A stretch of 64,000 nucleotides of DNA. It comes from a virus. The stretch lies in IMG/VR virus record IMGVR_UViG_3300027749_000042, one strand, 5' to 3'. Positions 37,512 to 46,496 of this stretch are shown here, in pieces (the first letter of the stretch is position 1; each line of letters starts with the position of its first letter). The notes under the pieces were generated by a model, which worked only from the letters and a program-made list of their open reading frames with translations, was not told where the DNA came from and did not search any database. The translations under genes were made by a program, and so were the position numbers.

Positions 37512-40299
37512 ATCTATCGTTATCGTACCGCTTGGTCGTTTCAATCCGCCACACAAAGAACACGCGCACCTAGTTGACGCAGTTATCAAGCTTGCTAAAT
37601 CAACACACAGCGATGCCAAAGTTTTTGTTTCGCGCACCGTCAATAAGAAGAAAGATCCACTGACACCACAGGAAAAGATCCGATTCCTGAATAAGATGTT
37701 TCCTGGTCATAAGAAACTATTTGATGTGCCACCGATTTCTAATCCATCAATGGTTGGGGTACTAAAGAGTTTGTCTGGTAAATATGATACCGTGCATATC
37801 GTATTGGGTGACGATAGAGTTGCAGAAATAAAAGCGTTTGTTGATAAGTATAATGGCGTTGATTACAACTACGATAAGATTGAGGTCCATTCGCGCCACT
37901 CTATCGTAAACACTCGCGTTGGTGATCTTGATGGCGTTCACGCATCCGACATTCGCAAGTGGGCCCAAGCTGGTAATTTTGCTAAGGTCAAAGATGCTAT
38001 GTCGGAACATCTTACCGATGCAGATGTAAAGCAAATGATCCGCATCATCCAATCGCGTCTAGGAAAAACAATGAATGAATCCGTAGTTGCTGAGGAAGAA
38101 ATTCCACTACCATCTGACGCTGAGATTGACAGATATCTCGACAAGCTAACCGACATGAGTGAGCTGGATCTTCGCGATGAAGATGCTATGATGTTGGATA
38201 TGATTGTATATGACGACGAGCCAAAGAATGTTCATGAAGGCCTAACATCTCAGCAACGCCAGAAGCGTTCACAAAAGATGAAGTCCATGAGCAAGCGTCT
38301 TGCTCGTCTGCGTAAGCTTAAATCAAAACAGATGCCAGCTGGGCAACGTCTACGCCTTCGTGCGCGTAAGGCTGCTATTATGATCCTTCGCGCTCGCGCA
38401 AGCGGTCGTAAGAACCTAGATTATAATGCGCTATCACGTTCGCAGCGCATCTCAGTTGATAATGCATTGACACAGCGTTTTGGTAAATCATTAAAGGGTG
38501 CTATCAATAGAATAGCCACTCGCATTCTTCCACGTATCCGTAGCAAAGCGCAGGCATCTGTAGCGCAGGCTCGCTCAACTACAAACGAGGCATTTCACAT
38601 GTTCCTAGAAGGCAAAGAAGGTTCTACAAAAGACAGAGCAACAGATATCAAGCAGGCTAAAGCAAAGAAGATTTCGGTATCAGATTGGGAAAAATCAAAG
38701 GCTGATGTTGCACATGATAGCCCATTGCATATTGACACCACAAAGATTGACTCAACAAAGGTCGATTCGACAACCGTTGATCGTGCTGCACCTAATCCAA
38801 CACATGCAACATCTGGTGCAAAACGTCTATCGCAGTTCCGCCTTCGCACCGAAGCGCGCTCTAGTGCAGCCGATGCTATAGATGCTGGTGATACAAACAT
38901 CATATATCAAATGCGTAAGGTCATCATTGCTCGCGGTGAGCATGATGTTGTATTTGGTGATAAGCACAAAGTAAAAATTTCTGTGGCTGATGCGAGAAAG
39001 ATGTTGGACCTGTTTCAGCACACACGTTTGCCTGCTGATAAGCAGAAGCTAACAGTGGCTGCTGGTAAGAGCTTGACTGCATTCAGAAGTGTTCTTTCTC
39101 ACGGTATTCCAAAAGATAAGCCTAAGATTTCTCTCGGTGGCAGAAAGCTTGATGAGGTAACATTCAATGCTCGCAATTGGAATCCAAATGATCCAGACGC
39201 ACCTCCTGGTATCACACAGGCTAATGAAAAGAAAAAACCATCAGTAAAAGAAGATTCGGAAGATCCAAATCAATCAAAGCGTTTGAATCAAAAGATGGAT
39301 GTTCTGTTGCGTCTTGGCCTTGTTGACACAACCGAGCTTCAAGGTTACCGTCGTGCGTTGCGTAGTAGCAAGCAGTTTGCTTTGCAAAGCCCAAAGCTTC
39401 GTAAGAACCTTGCGGACTTGCTTGACAAGCTTATTGATTTGACTACGCAAGATCCTGCAACATATTCTCGCGTTCGTTATAACGTAGTGAATAAGGAACT
39501 TGATAGTCAACCAAATCCGGACCTACGCAAGAAAGCAAAGAAGTCTGGTATGGCTGAAGATGTTTTGAATCAAGTCTTCGCTCGTGAAATGGCGGAATCA
39601 AACAATGTTAGTCGCGCATATAATCGCGTGGACTCATTTATTGCTGGCGGCTTCGCTGCTAAGTTGGATGAGGATCTAGCTGAAGATGGCGGGTATAAGA
39701 GTCCAACCGGTGGGTTAACTCAAAAGGGCCGAGATCGCTATAATAGAGAAACTGGTGGTAATCTGCAAGCCCCAGTTACTACACCACCATCTAAATTAAA
39801 AGCTGGATCAAAAGCCGCTGGTCGTCGTAAATCATTCTGCGCTCGCATGAGTGGTGTTGACGGACCGATGAAGAAACCAAACGGTGAGCCATCTCGTAAA
39901 GCCTTAGCATTGCGTAAGTGGAACTGCCGTAGTGAAGAAACAAGCATTGACGAGAAGCGTGGACTATGGGATAATATTCACGCTAAACAGAACCGTATCA
40001 AGAATGGTTCTGGCGAGCATATGCGTAAGCCAGATTCTGAAGGATCTCCATCAAACAAGGATCTCAGAGTTTCAAGAACAGAAGATATTACGGCCCGCCA
40101 TGCATCCCATAAAGTGATTCGCGTGAAAGACGGCAGTAACTTCAGATATCGTAAGGTATATGAAGAACCTATTAGTATAGCTAAATATTCAGTTGACAAG
40201 CCGATTGTTGGCGATGCAGCCGATGGTCCAGATAAGGTCACAAAGACACCAGCACATTTCAAAGAGATTCGTAAGGCGCTTGCTGGTAAACGAGAATAA
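37504..40299 (+). CDS. Large multidomain protein with N-terminal HIGH-type nucleotidyltransferase (cytidylyltransferase-like)
   Basis: GRFNPPHKEH, KDPL, VLGDDR, HASDIR; C-terminal small basic modules (GGLTQKGR...RRKSFCARM...ALRKWNC; GLWDNIHAK). Confidence 0.75.
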   Translation: MSKSIVIVPLGRFNPPHKEHAHLVDAVIKLAKSTHSDAKVFVSRTVNKKKDPLTPQEKIRFLNKMFPGHKKLFDVPPISNPSMVGVLKSLSGKYDTVHIVLGDDRVAEIKAFVDKYNGVDYNYDKIEVHSRHSIVNTRVGDLDGVHASDIRKWAQAGNFAKVKDAMSEHLTDADVKQMIRIIQSRLGKTMNESVVAEEEIPLPSDAEIDRYLDKLTDMSELDLRDEDAMMLDMIVYDDEPKNVHEGLTSQQRQKRSQKMKSMSKRLARLRKLKSKQMPAGQRLRLRARKAAIMILRARASGRKNLDYNALSRSQRISVDNALTQRFGKSLKGAINRIATRILPRIRSKAQASVAQARSTTNEAFHMFLEGKEGSTKDRATDIKQAKAKKISVSDWEKSKADVAHDSPLHIDTTKIDSTKVDSTTVDRAAPNPTHATSGAKRLSQFRLRTEARSSAADAIDAGDTNIIYQMRKVIIARGEHDVVFGDKHKVKISVADARKMLDLFQHTRLPADKQKLTVAAGKSLTAFRSVLSHGIPKDKPKISLGGRKLDEVTFNARNWNPNDPDAPPGITQANEKKKPSVKEDSEDPNQSKRLNQKMDVLLRLGLVDTTELQGYRRALRSSKQFALQSPKLRKNLADLLDKLIDLTTQDPATYSRVRYNVVNKELDSQPNPDLRKKAKKSGMAEDVLNQVFAREMAESNNVSRAYNRVDSFIAGGFAAKLDEDLAEDGGYKSPTGGLTQKGRDRYNRETGGNLQAPVTTPPSKLKAGSKAAGRRKSFCARMSGVDGPMKKPNGEPSRKALALRKWNCRSEETSIDEKRGLWDNIHAKQNRIKNGSGEHMRKPDSEGSPSNKDLRVSRTEDITARHASHKVIRVKDGSNFRYRKVYEEPISIAKYSVDKPIVGDAADGPDKVTKTPAHFKEIRKALAGKRE

Positions 40300-40326
40300 G
40301 TTCAAAATAAAAAAGGAGAAGTGAAA

Positions 40327-40665
40327 ATGGATATGGATGTAATTATTGGTTGCGTTATTTTTTTAGCTATTGTTGGGTATTTGGTATATGCAAAGCCATG
40401 GAAAAATGAAGAGTTCATTGTTGCTGATGAGCAAGAAGCAAAGGCTGCGGTTGAAGAGGTAAAGGCAGCAGAAACAGTGGCTGCTAAGACAGAAGAGATT
40501 TTTGCTAAGGTAGTGGAAGAAGCTACTAAGCTTGATAAGGAAGTTGGAGAAGTTCTTAAAGAAGTAGTGGCTACTGTTGAACCTGTTGTGGAAGAAGCAC
40601 CAGTGGTTGTTATTGAGCCAGAAGATGCGCCGAAGCCTAAGAGAGGTAGAAAAGGAAAGAACTAA
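40327..40665 (+). CDS. Hypothetical membrane-anchored protein
   Basis: N-terminal TM helix, E/V/A-rich body, KPKRGRK tail. Confidence 0.6.
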   Translation: MDMDVIIGCVIFLAIVGYLVYAKPWKNEEFIVADEQEAKAAVEEVKAAETVAAKTEEIFAKVVEEATKLDKEVGEVLKEVVATVEPVVEEAPVVVIEPEDAPKPKRGRKGKN

Positions 40666-41105
40666 TGGATGAGCTTTCAGAATTACTGAAAAAGTCACTC
40701 GCTACAACATTTGCGTTTTATCTGAAGGCTCATAACTTTCACTGGAACGTAGAAGGACCATTCTTCTCGCAGTACCATGAATTTTTTGAAACACTATACA
40801 CCGATGCGTTTATAGCTACCGATGGCCTTGCAGAACATATTCGCACATTGAATGTTTATGCGCCAGGTTCATTCAAGCGTTTCGGTGAGCTATCATCTAT
40901 TCAAGACGAACTAACAGTTCCTAATGCTGCTGGTATGTTGAATCGTTTATACGATGATAACAATGCAGTTATTGCTACGCTTGTTCCTGCACAGAAAGCC
41001 GCGGAGATTGCTGGTGCGGTAGGAATTGCAAACTACCTACAAGACCGTATTGATATTCATAATAAACATGCTTGGATGCTAAGAGCAACAAAGAAAGGTA
41101 ACTAA
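40665..41105 (+). CDS. dps: Dps/ferritin-like protein
   Basis: KAHNFHWNVEGPFF..YHEFF..LY, D.LAEHIR, KHAWML. Confidence 0.92.
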   Translation: MDELSELLKKSLATTFAFYLKAHNFHWNVEGPFFSQYHEFFETLYTDAFIATDGLAEHIRTLNVYAPGSFKRFGELSSIQDELTVPNAAGMLNRLYDDNNAVIATLVPAQKAAEIAGAVGIANYLQDRIDIHNKHAWMLRATKKGN

Positions 41106-41106
41106 A

Positions 41107-42855
41107 ATGTCTATTGATCCAAATAAATTTGGTATTAGCAAATCGCTAATTGATGCAGTAAATGAAGCACTCAAAGGTGGTCAGGTCAAGATTGATAAGA
41201 ATCATAATGGTAAGATTGATGGTCAAGATTTCAAGATGCTTCGTAAGGAAGAAATTGTTGATGAAGGCAATCCTGCTAATAAGGAAAAGAAGAACGCAGC
41301 TGCGGCGGCTGTCGGTGCTAAGAACCGAGATGGCCAATATCTAAGCAGAATGAATCCATCTGTCGCTGATAAGATTCGTGGTCGCGAAAAGATGTCAGGT
41401 AAAGATCGTCAGCAGCACGAAGAAGTTGAGCAGGTTGACGAGAAATCTGTATCAAAGGCTCAACAACACGCAGCCGGTGCAGCACTTGCTACACAGCGCG
41501 GCGAGTATGATGGTGGTAAGAAAGGCGGCGCAATCAATCGCATGGCTTCTATGAAGACTTCCGAGCTTCGCAAGTTTGCTGGCACAAAAACAAAGAGCCT
41601 TCCTACACACAAGGAAGAAGTCGAGCAGGTAGACGAGCTTTCAAAGGCTACTCTTGGTTCTTATGTAAACAAATCAGCAGCAAGTCTCGGAAAGGCTGGT
41701 TACAATGCGGGCAATACCGATGGCACTGCGGCTAAGTTAGATCCACATATTAATACTATAAACAAGAGATCAGCTGGCATCAAAAGAGCTGTAGGTAAAT
41801 TGGCTAAAGAAGACACTCAAATTGATGAGCTATCAACTGACACATATCACAAGGCAGCACACAAAGCTGCTAAGAAAGCTATGGGTGATGCTCAGGGTCG
41901 TTCTGGTCCTATCTTCAAGAAGTATGCTGGAATGGCTAATAAGTTCCGTGATAAGGGTATGGATCAGGAGAAGAAAGAGAAGGCGTCTAAGGATGCTAAG
42001 TCTGCAAAGATGAAAGCTTATCGTGCTGAGCGTGATAAGAATATGGAAGAAGAGATTCAGATTGATGAAATCTCGAAAGGAACTCTTGCATCTTATGGTT
42101 ATAAGGCCGGTAGACAAATGCAAGGTAATCAACCATCTGATCCTGATAAGTTTCGTAAGCGCACCAATCGTGAAAAGGGTTCTAAGTTGGCTTACGGTAA
42201 GTATTACGGCCACAAGGTAAAGGTACCTGCTACTGAAGAAGCAGAATCTGTTGATGAACTATCAAAAAATACTCTTGGTAATTATGCTCTAGCAGGAGTA
42301 AGAGACATTGCTTCTCGTCAGTATGCTCTTGGTAAAGGCGACAAATCTAATACGGGCAAGCTTATGAATCGTCGTAAGGGCGTTGATAAAGCAATCAGTA
42401 AACTTACTAAAGAAGCCACTGATCCTCGTGATTCAAGACCACAAACATATAGACCAAATAATACCGGATATGCTTGGGATAAACTATCAACAAGATCCTC
42501 ATCAAATCCTAAAGATAGTAAAGCAACTAAGTCTGGAAAACAATTAGGACTAAAGCATTCGATAAAGGGCGCATTAGGTTCTCATGGTCCAAAGGGTAAG
42601 TTGCCAGAAGCAACCGAGAATCCAATGGCAAAGCAACTGGCTGATAAGAAGGCTGCGATTCAGAAGACAATCGTTCAGAAGAAACTGCAGGTTATGCAGT
42701 CTAAAGCTAACAAGCAAATGTCTTCAATGAAAGAGGGTAAATGCTCTTGCACTGAAGGTAAAAAGTCTATGACATGTGAGACACACGGTGATAAAGCAAA
42801 GGGAATGAAGGGTGGCAAAGAGCCAATCCTAATGAACCCACCACTCAGAGACTAA
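41107..42855 (+). CDS. Modular internal head protein with repeated (V/I)DE(L/I)S units
   Basis: Repeated EE.EQVDELSK.TL.SY units separating Lys/Arg-rich segments. Confidence 0.65.
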   Translation: MSIDPNKFGISKSLIDAVNEALKGGQVKIDKNHNGKIDGQDFKMLRKEEIVDEGNPANKEKKNAAAAAVGAKNRDGQYLSRMNPSVADKIRGREKMSGKDRQQHEEVEQVDEKSVSKAQQHAAGAALATQRGEYDGGKKGGAINRMASMKTSELRKFAGTKTKSLPTHKEEVEQVDELSKATLGSYVNKSAASLGKAGYNAGNTDGTAAKLDPHINTINKRSAGIKRAVGKLAKEDTQIDELSTDTYHKAAHKAAKKAMGDAQGRSGPIFKKYAGMANKFRDKGMDQEKKEKASKDAKSAKMKAYRAERDKNMEEEIQIDEISKGTLASYGYKAGRQMQGNQPSDPDKFRKRTNREKGSKLAYGKYYGHKVKVPATEEAESVDELSKNTLGNYALAGVRDIASRQYALGKGDKSNTGKLMNRRKGVDKAISKLTKEATDPRDSRPQTYRPNNTGYAWDKLSTRSSSNPKDSKATKSGKQLGLKHSIKGALGSHGPKGKLPEATENPMAKQLADKKAAIQKTIVQKKLQVMQSKANKQMSSMKEGKCSCTEGKKSMTCETHGDKAKGMKGGKEPILMNPPLRD

Positions 42856-42919
42856 ATAGGAATAGCGAAACATATATTATGCCGAGTAGTCACAACGAAA
42901 AGCGAAAAGGAATAAGAAA

Positions 42920-43666
42920 ATGTCACTATGGGGTTTTAGTAGAGAAAGCACACAGGTAGCTTCCGGAGCAAATACGGAAGCTGCTATCCGCAAAGGTTAT
43001 CGCCCACTTCCACTAGCAGGCGGTATTGGTCACTCATTTGATTTACCAGATGGTGGTAGTTATGCAAACAAGCGTAACGTCATCGCAACATCTGCTGGAT
43101 GGGTTCGTCGTACCAATCGCGTATCAGATGGCAATCAACGTCAGTTTGATGAAATATTGGTTGCAGCAAATCCAGGCAGTGGATTTAGATATACATCTAA
43201 TACATTTCTTGGTAGTCCAGACATTGTAGAAATCTTCGTGAAGCTAAATGCTAACGGAGTTATTTCTGCAAACGCATCTGGTGCTAACCTATATGTTGTG
43301 TTCAATATGCCAGTTCATAAGCGCCCATCAGGTAACCTTATGTCAATTAGCATTGCAAACACTGCTGGTGGTAATAACGCAGTTGCTCGTATCACAGCAG
43401 CTTCGGCCGCTCGTGCAAACGTGGCCAATAACGTAATGATCTTCACTCTACCTGCAATGCGTGGTGGTGTTGGTTCTGCAAAGGCTACATATCATGTGAA
43501 CGCGCAATCAATCTCAGTAACTGGTGGTGGTAACCCACTTTATAATCCAGACTTCGGTGTTACGATTACAGCTAACCTTGTAATCACAGGCGCAGTTGCT
43601 AATAATCTTACTCGCTTCAACGGCGAGCGTATTACCAACTTCACAGTTTCACCAGGCGGGCGCTAA
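42920..43666 (+). CDS. Putative virion structural protein
   Basis: MSLWG start, GWVRR, A/N/G/T-rich beta-type composition. Confidence 0.6.
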   Translation: MSLWGFSRESTQVASGANTEAAIRKGYRPLPLAGGIGHSFDLPDGGSYANKRNVIATSAGWVRRTNRVSDGNQRQFDEILVAANPGSGFRYTSNTFLGSPDIVEIFVKLNANGVISANASGANLYVVFNMPVHKRPSGNLMSISIANTAGGNNAVARITAASAARANVANNVMIFTLPAMRGGVGSAKATYHVNAQSISVTGGGNPLYNPDFGVTITANLVITGAVANNLTRFNGERITNFTVSPGGR

Positions 43667-43687
43667 TAAAGGATCGGGAGCTGAATA

Positions 43688-44068
43688 ATGGCTGACAAGA
43701 AAGTATCACAACTACCATCAGCGACAACAGCGGCATCTCCCGATTTGCTCCTGATTGTTACTGACGCTAATGGAACACCTACATCTAAACAGATTACTGT
43801 AAAGAAGCTATTTGGTGCAGTTCCATCCAACACCGTGTTCAGTGGGTCAACACTCACTGTACGCGCACGTACCACAACTACAGCAAACGTCAATGTTACA
43901 AAAACTCTCACTGCAAATATTGTCAACGTCACATTAGGTAGCACACCAGCTTCCAATAATGCGACAACTGTTGGTATGGCTGTAGGAGAAATGCGTTTCA
44001 CAAATACATACATCTATATTGCAGTCAACGCAACTACCATAAAGAGAGTTGCGCTTAATACATTTTGA
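43688..44068 (+). CDS. Putative virion structural protein
   Basis: MADKKVSQL...YIYIAV....KRVAL pattern of phage fibre-like proteins. Confidence 0.6.
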   Translation: MADKKVSQLPSATTAASPDLLLIVTDANGTPTSKQITVKKLFGAVPSNTVFSGSTLTVRARTTTTANVNVTKTLTANIVNVTLGSTPASNNATTVGMAVGEMRFTNTYIYIAVNATTIKRVALNTF

Positions 44069-44076
44069 GGTGTGAT

Positions 44077-44520
44077 TTGATTCATAAGATAATTGAGTTT
44101 CTTTTAGATAATGGTGCAGATGAAAATGAACATAGTCACCGATCACTATTAGAGCATCTAACTGGTACAGCAAGTTTACTTATGGACTGGGGCTGCTCTA
44201 ATCATATTGTGTATGCTGGTTTATGCCACTCAATTTATGGTACAGATTCATATCATACAGTTACCATAGATCCATCAAAGCGCGATGAAGTTCGTGCGTT
44301 GATAGGAGAGAAGGCAGAAGCATTAGCGTGGGAGTTCGGCAATCGCAAGAACCCACGCATTGTTTCGTTTATAAAAAACCAAGAAATAGATTTAGTTGTT
44401 ATTGAGTGCGCGAACCTTATAGAGCAGAAAGTTGAGCCACATCATTTGGCTGCTGCTCTTGCTATATCATTACCACATGAAGTCCGCAAGAGCGTAATCA
44501 ATTATTTAAAGGTCTACTAA
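44077..44520 (+). CDS. HD-like/DUF6817-type protein
   Basis: HSHRSLLEHL.GT, AGLCHSIYGT, LIGEKAE; SD GAGGTG before TTG. Confidence 0.65.
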   Translation: MIHKIIEFLLDNGADENEHSHRSLLEHLTGTASLLMDWGCSNHIVYAGLCHSIYGTDSYHTVTIDPSKRDEVRALIGEKAEALAWEFGNRKNPRIVSFIKNQEIDLVVIECANLIEQKVEPHHLAAALAISLPHEVRKSVINYLKVY

Positions 44521-44903
44521 TGGTCGGTGCAACAGAAAGAATCGAAGCTGCTATAGACAAGCTCGCTGATATTTCCAGTGACTTGAAAGCTATGATTGCG
44601 GTTCAAGAAACCAGACTGACTCAGCACGAAAAGCAAGCTGAGGTTATTGAAACCAAATTGGAAAAACGTCGTGAAGAATTGGATCAGAAATTGAAAGATG
44701 TTTATGATACGATACGCACACAAGACAAAGCCATATTAGACGAAATAAAAGCAGTAAGAGAAGAACAAAATATACATTATGCATGTTTGAATGAAAAGAT
44801 AGCTGCTATTCAGAAATACATATGGATGGCTATTGGAGGTGGTACTGTACTTGGCTATGGGTTCTCGTTTATAGTCACATTTTTTAAGGTACTTGGGCAC
44901 TAG
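44520..44903 (+). CDS. Coiled-coil protein with C-terminal TM helix
   Basis: IDKLADIS..MIAVQE.RL...WMAIGG conserved T4-like pattern. Confidence 0.65.
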   Translation: MVGATERIEAAIDKLADISSDLKAMIAVQETRLTQHEKQAEVIETKLEKRREELDQKLKDVYDTIRTQDKAILDEIKAVREEQNIHYACLNEKIAAIQKYIWMAIGGGTVLGYGFSFIVTFFKVLGH

Positions 44904-44913
44904 TGAAAGAGAT

Positions 44914-45303
44914 ATGAAAGGTACCTTGGACGAATCAAATTTTTTTCTATTTGCCGCAAAGCATTATACCAATCCGTGCATTGACGCAATAGAGTTCAAC
45001 GAAGACCTAGATAGGATTAAAAATCTACGTCGCTTATTCAATCGCTATGAAAAGAAAGGTGAGTTGAAGGAACGGTTGATACTGAATCACTTGGTGGTTC
45101 TTTACAATGTGTTTGAGCCAGAAGCTTTGACGCGAATGCTGACATTTAAGTTATATGATTACCTTGAGTATCTAAAGCCATTCTTGTTGTTATTGAATTA
45201 TTGGCCCGAAGCTGTACACGGCATTGGTCAAAGAAACGAGACGATTAGATCCACAGACGTTATGATGGATCGACAAATAATGGATACACTAAGGAAAATC
45301 TAA
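44914..45303 (+). CDS. Conserved T4-like hypothetical protein
   Basis: FAAKHY.NP, EF.EDL.R, ERLILNHLVVLYNVF. Confidence 0.75.
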   Translation: MKGTLDESNFFLFAAKHYTNPCIDAIEFNEDLDRIKNLRRLFNRYEKKGELKERLILNHLVVLYNVFEPEALTRMLTFKLYDYLEYLKPFLLLLNYWPEAVHGIGQRNETIRSTDVMMDRQIMDTLRKI

Positions 45304-45638
45304 TGAGCGAAATCAAAGAAGATGGTGCACCAGTCAATGCTACAGGCGCAGCAGTCGCAGGCACAGGTGGCGGTGTTCATTGGAGTAAGAGACAACCAAA
45401 ATTGGGCCTCAAAGGTACCATGAAAAAGTATGGGCAACCCATACTGTTCAAGACCCTTCGTCGTAAAGCTATAAAAGAAGCCAGACGCACAGAAGTGGAT
45501 TACCAGCATGAATTAGATCGTAAGAAAGATGCTGGTGCAAATGAATCAAAATCCGTATATTACAAAGTCTTAAAGAAGCGTTTGCCTGCGGTCAGTCGCA
45601 CAAGCGCAATGGGAGACGGTTCAGACGGGAGCGAGTAA
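45303..45638 (+). CDS. Hypothetical protein
   Basis: IKEDGAPVNATG..VAG; packed ORF. Confidence 0.55.
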   Translation: MSEIKEDGAPVNATGAAVAGTGGGVHWSKRQPKLGLKGTMKKYGQPILFKTLRRKAIKEARRTEVDYQHELDRKKDAGANESKSVYYKVLKKRLPAVSRTSAMGDGSDGSE

Positions 45639-46111
45639 TGGGTATAGGTATCAAAGTCGCAATAGCGGCAATTCTTTTTTCCATCGTATCAGGTGGATAT
45701 TTCTACATTCAAGCATTAGAAGGTAAGTTAGAGGCTGCTGCGGAAGTTCAGCAGCGCATGGAAGGTGTTATCAACCAGCAAAAAGCGCAGATGGATAGGC
45801 AGAATGAAGATATCCAGAAGATGCAGGAAATCAACACCGAAATAACCAAAGACTTTATCAAGACACAACAGGAAGCATCTGACCTTCGCTCGAAGGTTGC
45901 AGCGCCAAGACTAACAGCCGCATCTATCGCAAATGCTGACGATGTTCAAATGAAAATCAATCGTGGTACCAAAGCAGCGTTTCGTTGTAATGCGATTGCT
46001 ACAGGTTCACCCTTGACAAAAGACGAGCGTTCTGGTACTATGAAAAATGCAATATGTCCAGAATTAATTTCTTCTCTTATGCCTAAGGGAGTGGCTGCAA
46101 ATGCAAAATAA
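45638..46111 (+). CDS. Inner-membrane spanin (Rz/PseT.3-like)
   Basis: N-terminal TM, coiled coil, C-terminal Cys; overlaps lipoprotein gene. Confidence 0.7.
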   Translation: MGIGIKVAIAAILFSIVSGGYFYIQALEGKLEAAAEVQQRMEGVINQQKAQMDRQNEDIQKMQEINTEITKDFIKTQQEASDLRSKVAAPRLTAASIANADDVQMKINRGTKAAFRCNAIATGSPLTKDERSGTMKNAICPELISSLMPKGVAANAK

Positions 46112-46460
46112 AATCTTACTGCTATGCGCTACACTATTGTTGGCGGGTTGCAATTCAACACCCAAGGTATTTGATAAGCCAGTTCTGATTGATCGCCCAG
46201 AACTTATTCTACCAACGGTAATGCCAGCCACACAAAACGATGTGGAGTGGATTGTTCTCACACCAAACAATATCGAAGCTAAGATAAAAGAAATGGGAGC
46301 CAATGGCGGACCGGTGGTGTTATTCGCTGTGACACCTGCAGGCTATGAAACTCTTGCAATCAATGCGGCTGAGATGCGCCGCTATGTTGTACAACAAAAT
46401 ACCATAATTGCTGGCTACAAAAAATACTACCGTAACTACAAGCTAGAGGCTCAGAAATAA
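46101..46460 (+). CDS. Outer-membrane spanin lipoprotein (Rz1/PseT.2-like)
   Basis: Lipobox LLAGC; YETLAIN.AEMRRYV.QQ..II.GYKKYY. Confidence 0.75.
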   Translation: MQNKILLLCATLLLAGCNSTPKVFDKPVLIDRPELILPTVMPATQNDVEWIVLTPNNIEAKIKEMGANGGPVVLFAVTPAGYETLAINAAEMRRYVVQQNTIIAGYKKYYRNYKLEAQK

Positions 46461-46496
46461 CTTGACTAGTGCGATAATTCTGATTATAATGAACCT

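Noticed and set aside
41400-42300. CRISPR-like or DGR repeat array
   Set aside because: Repeats are degenerate, in frame and protein-level; no fixed repeat/spacer period, cas gene or reverse transcriptase is present in the window.
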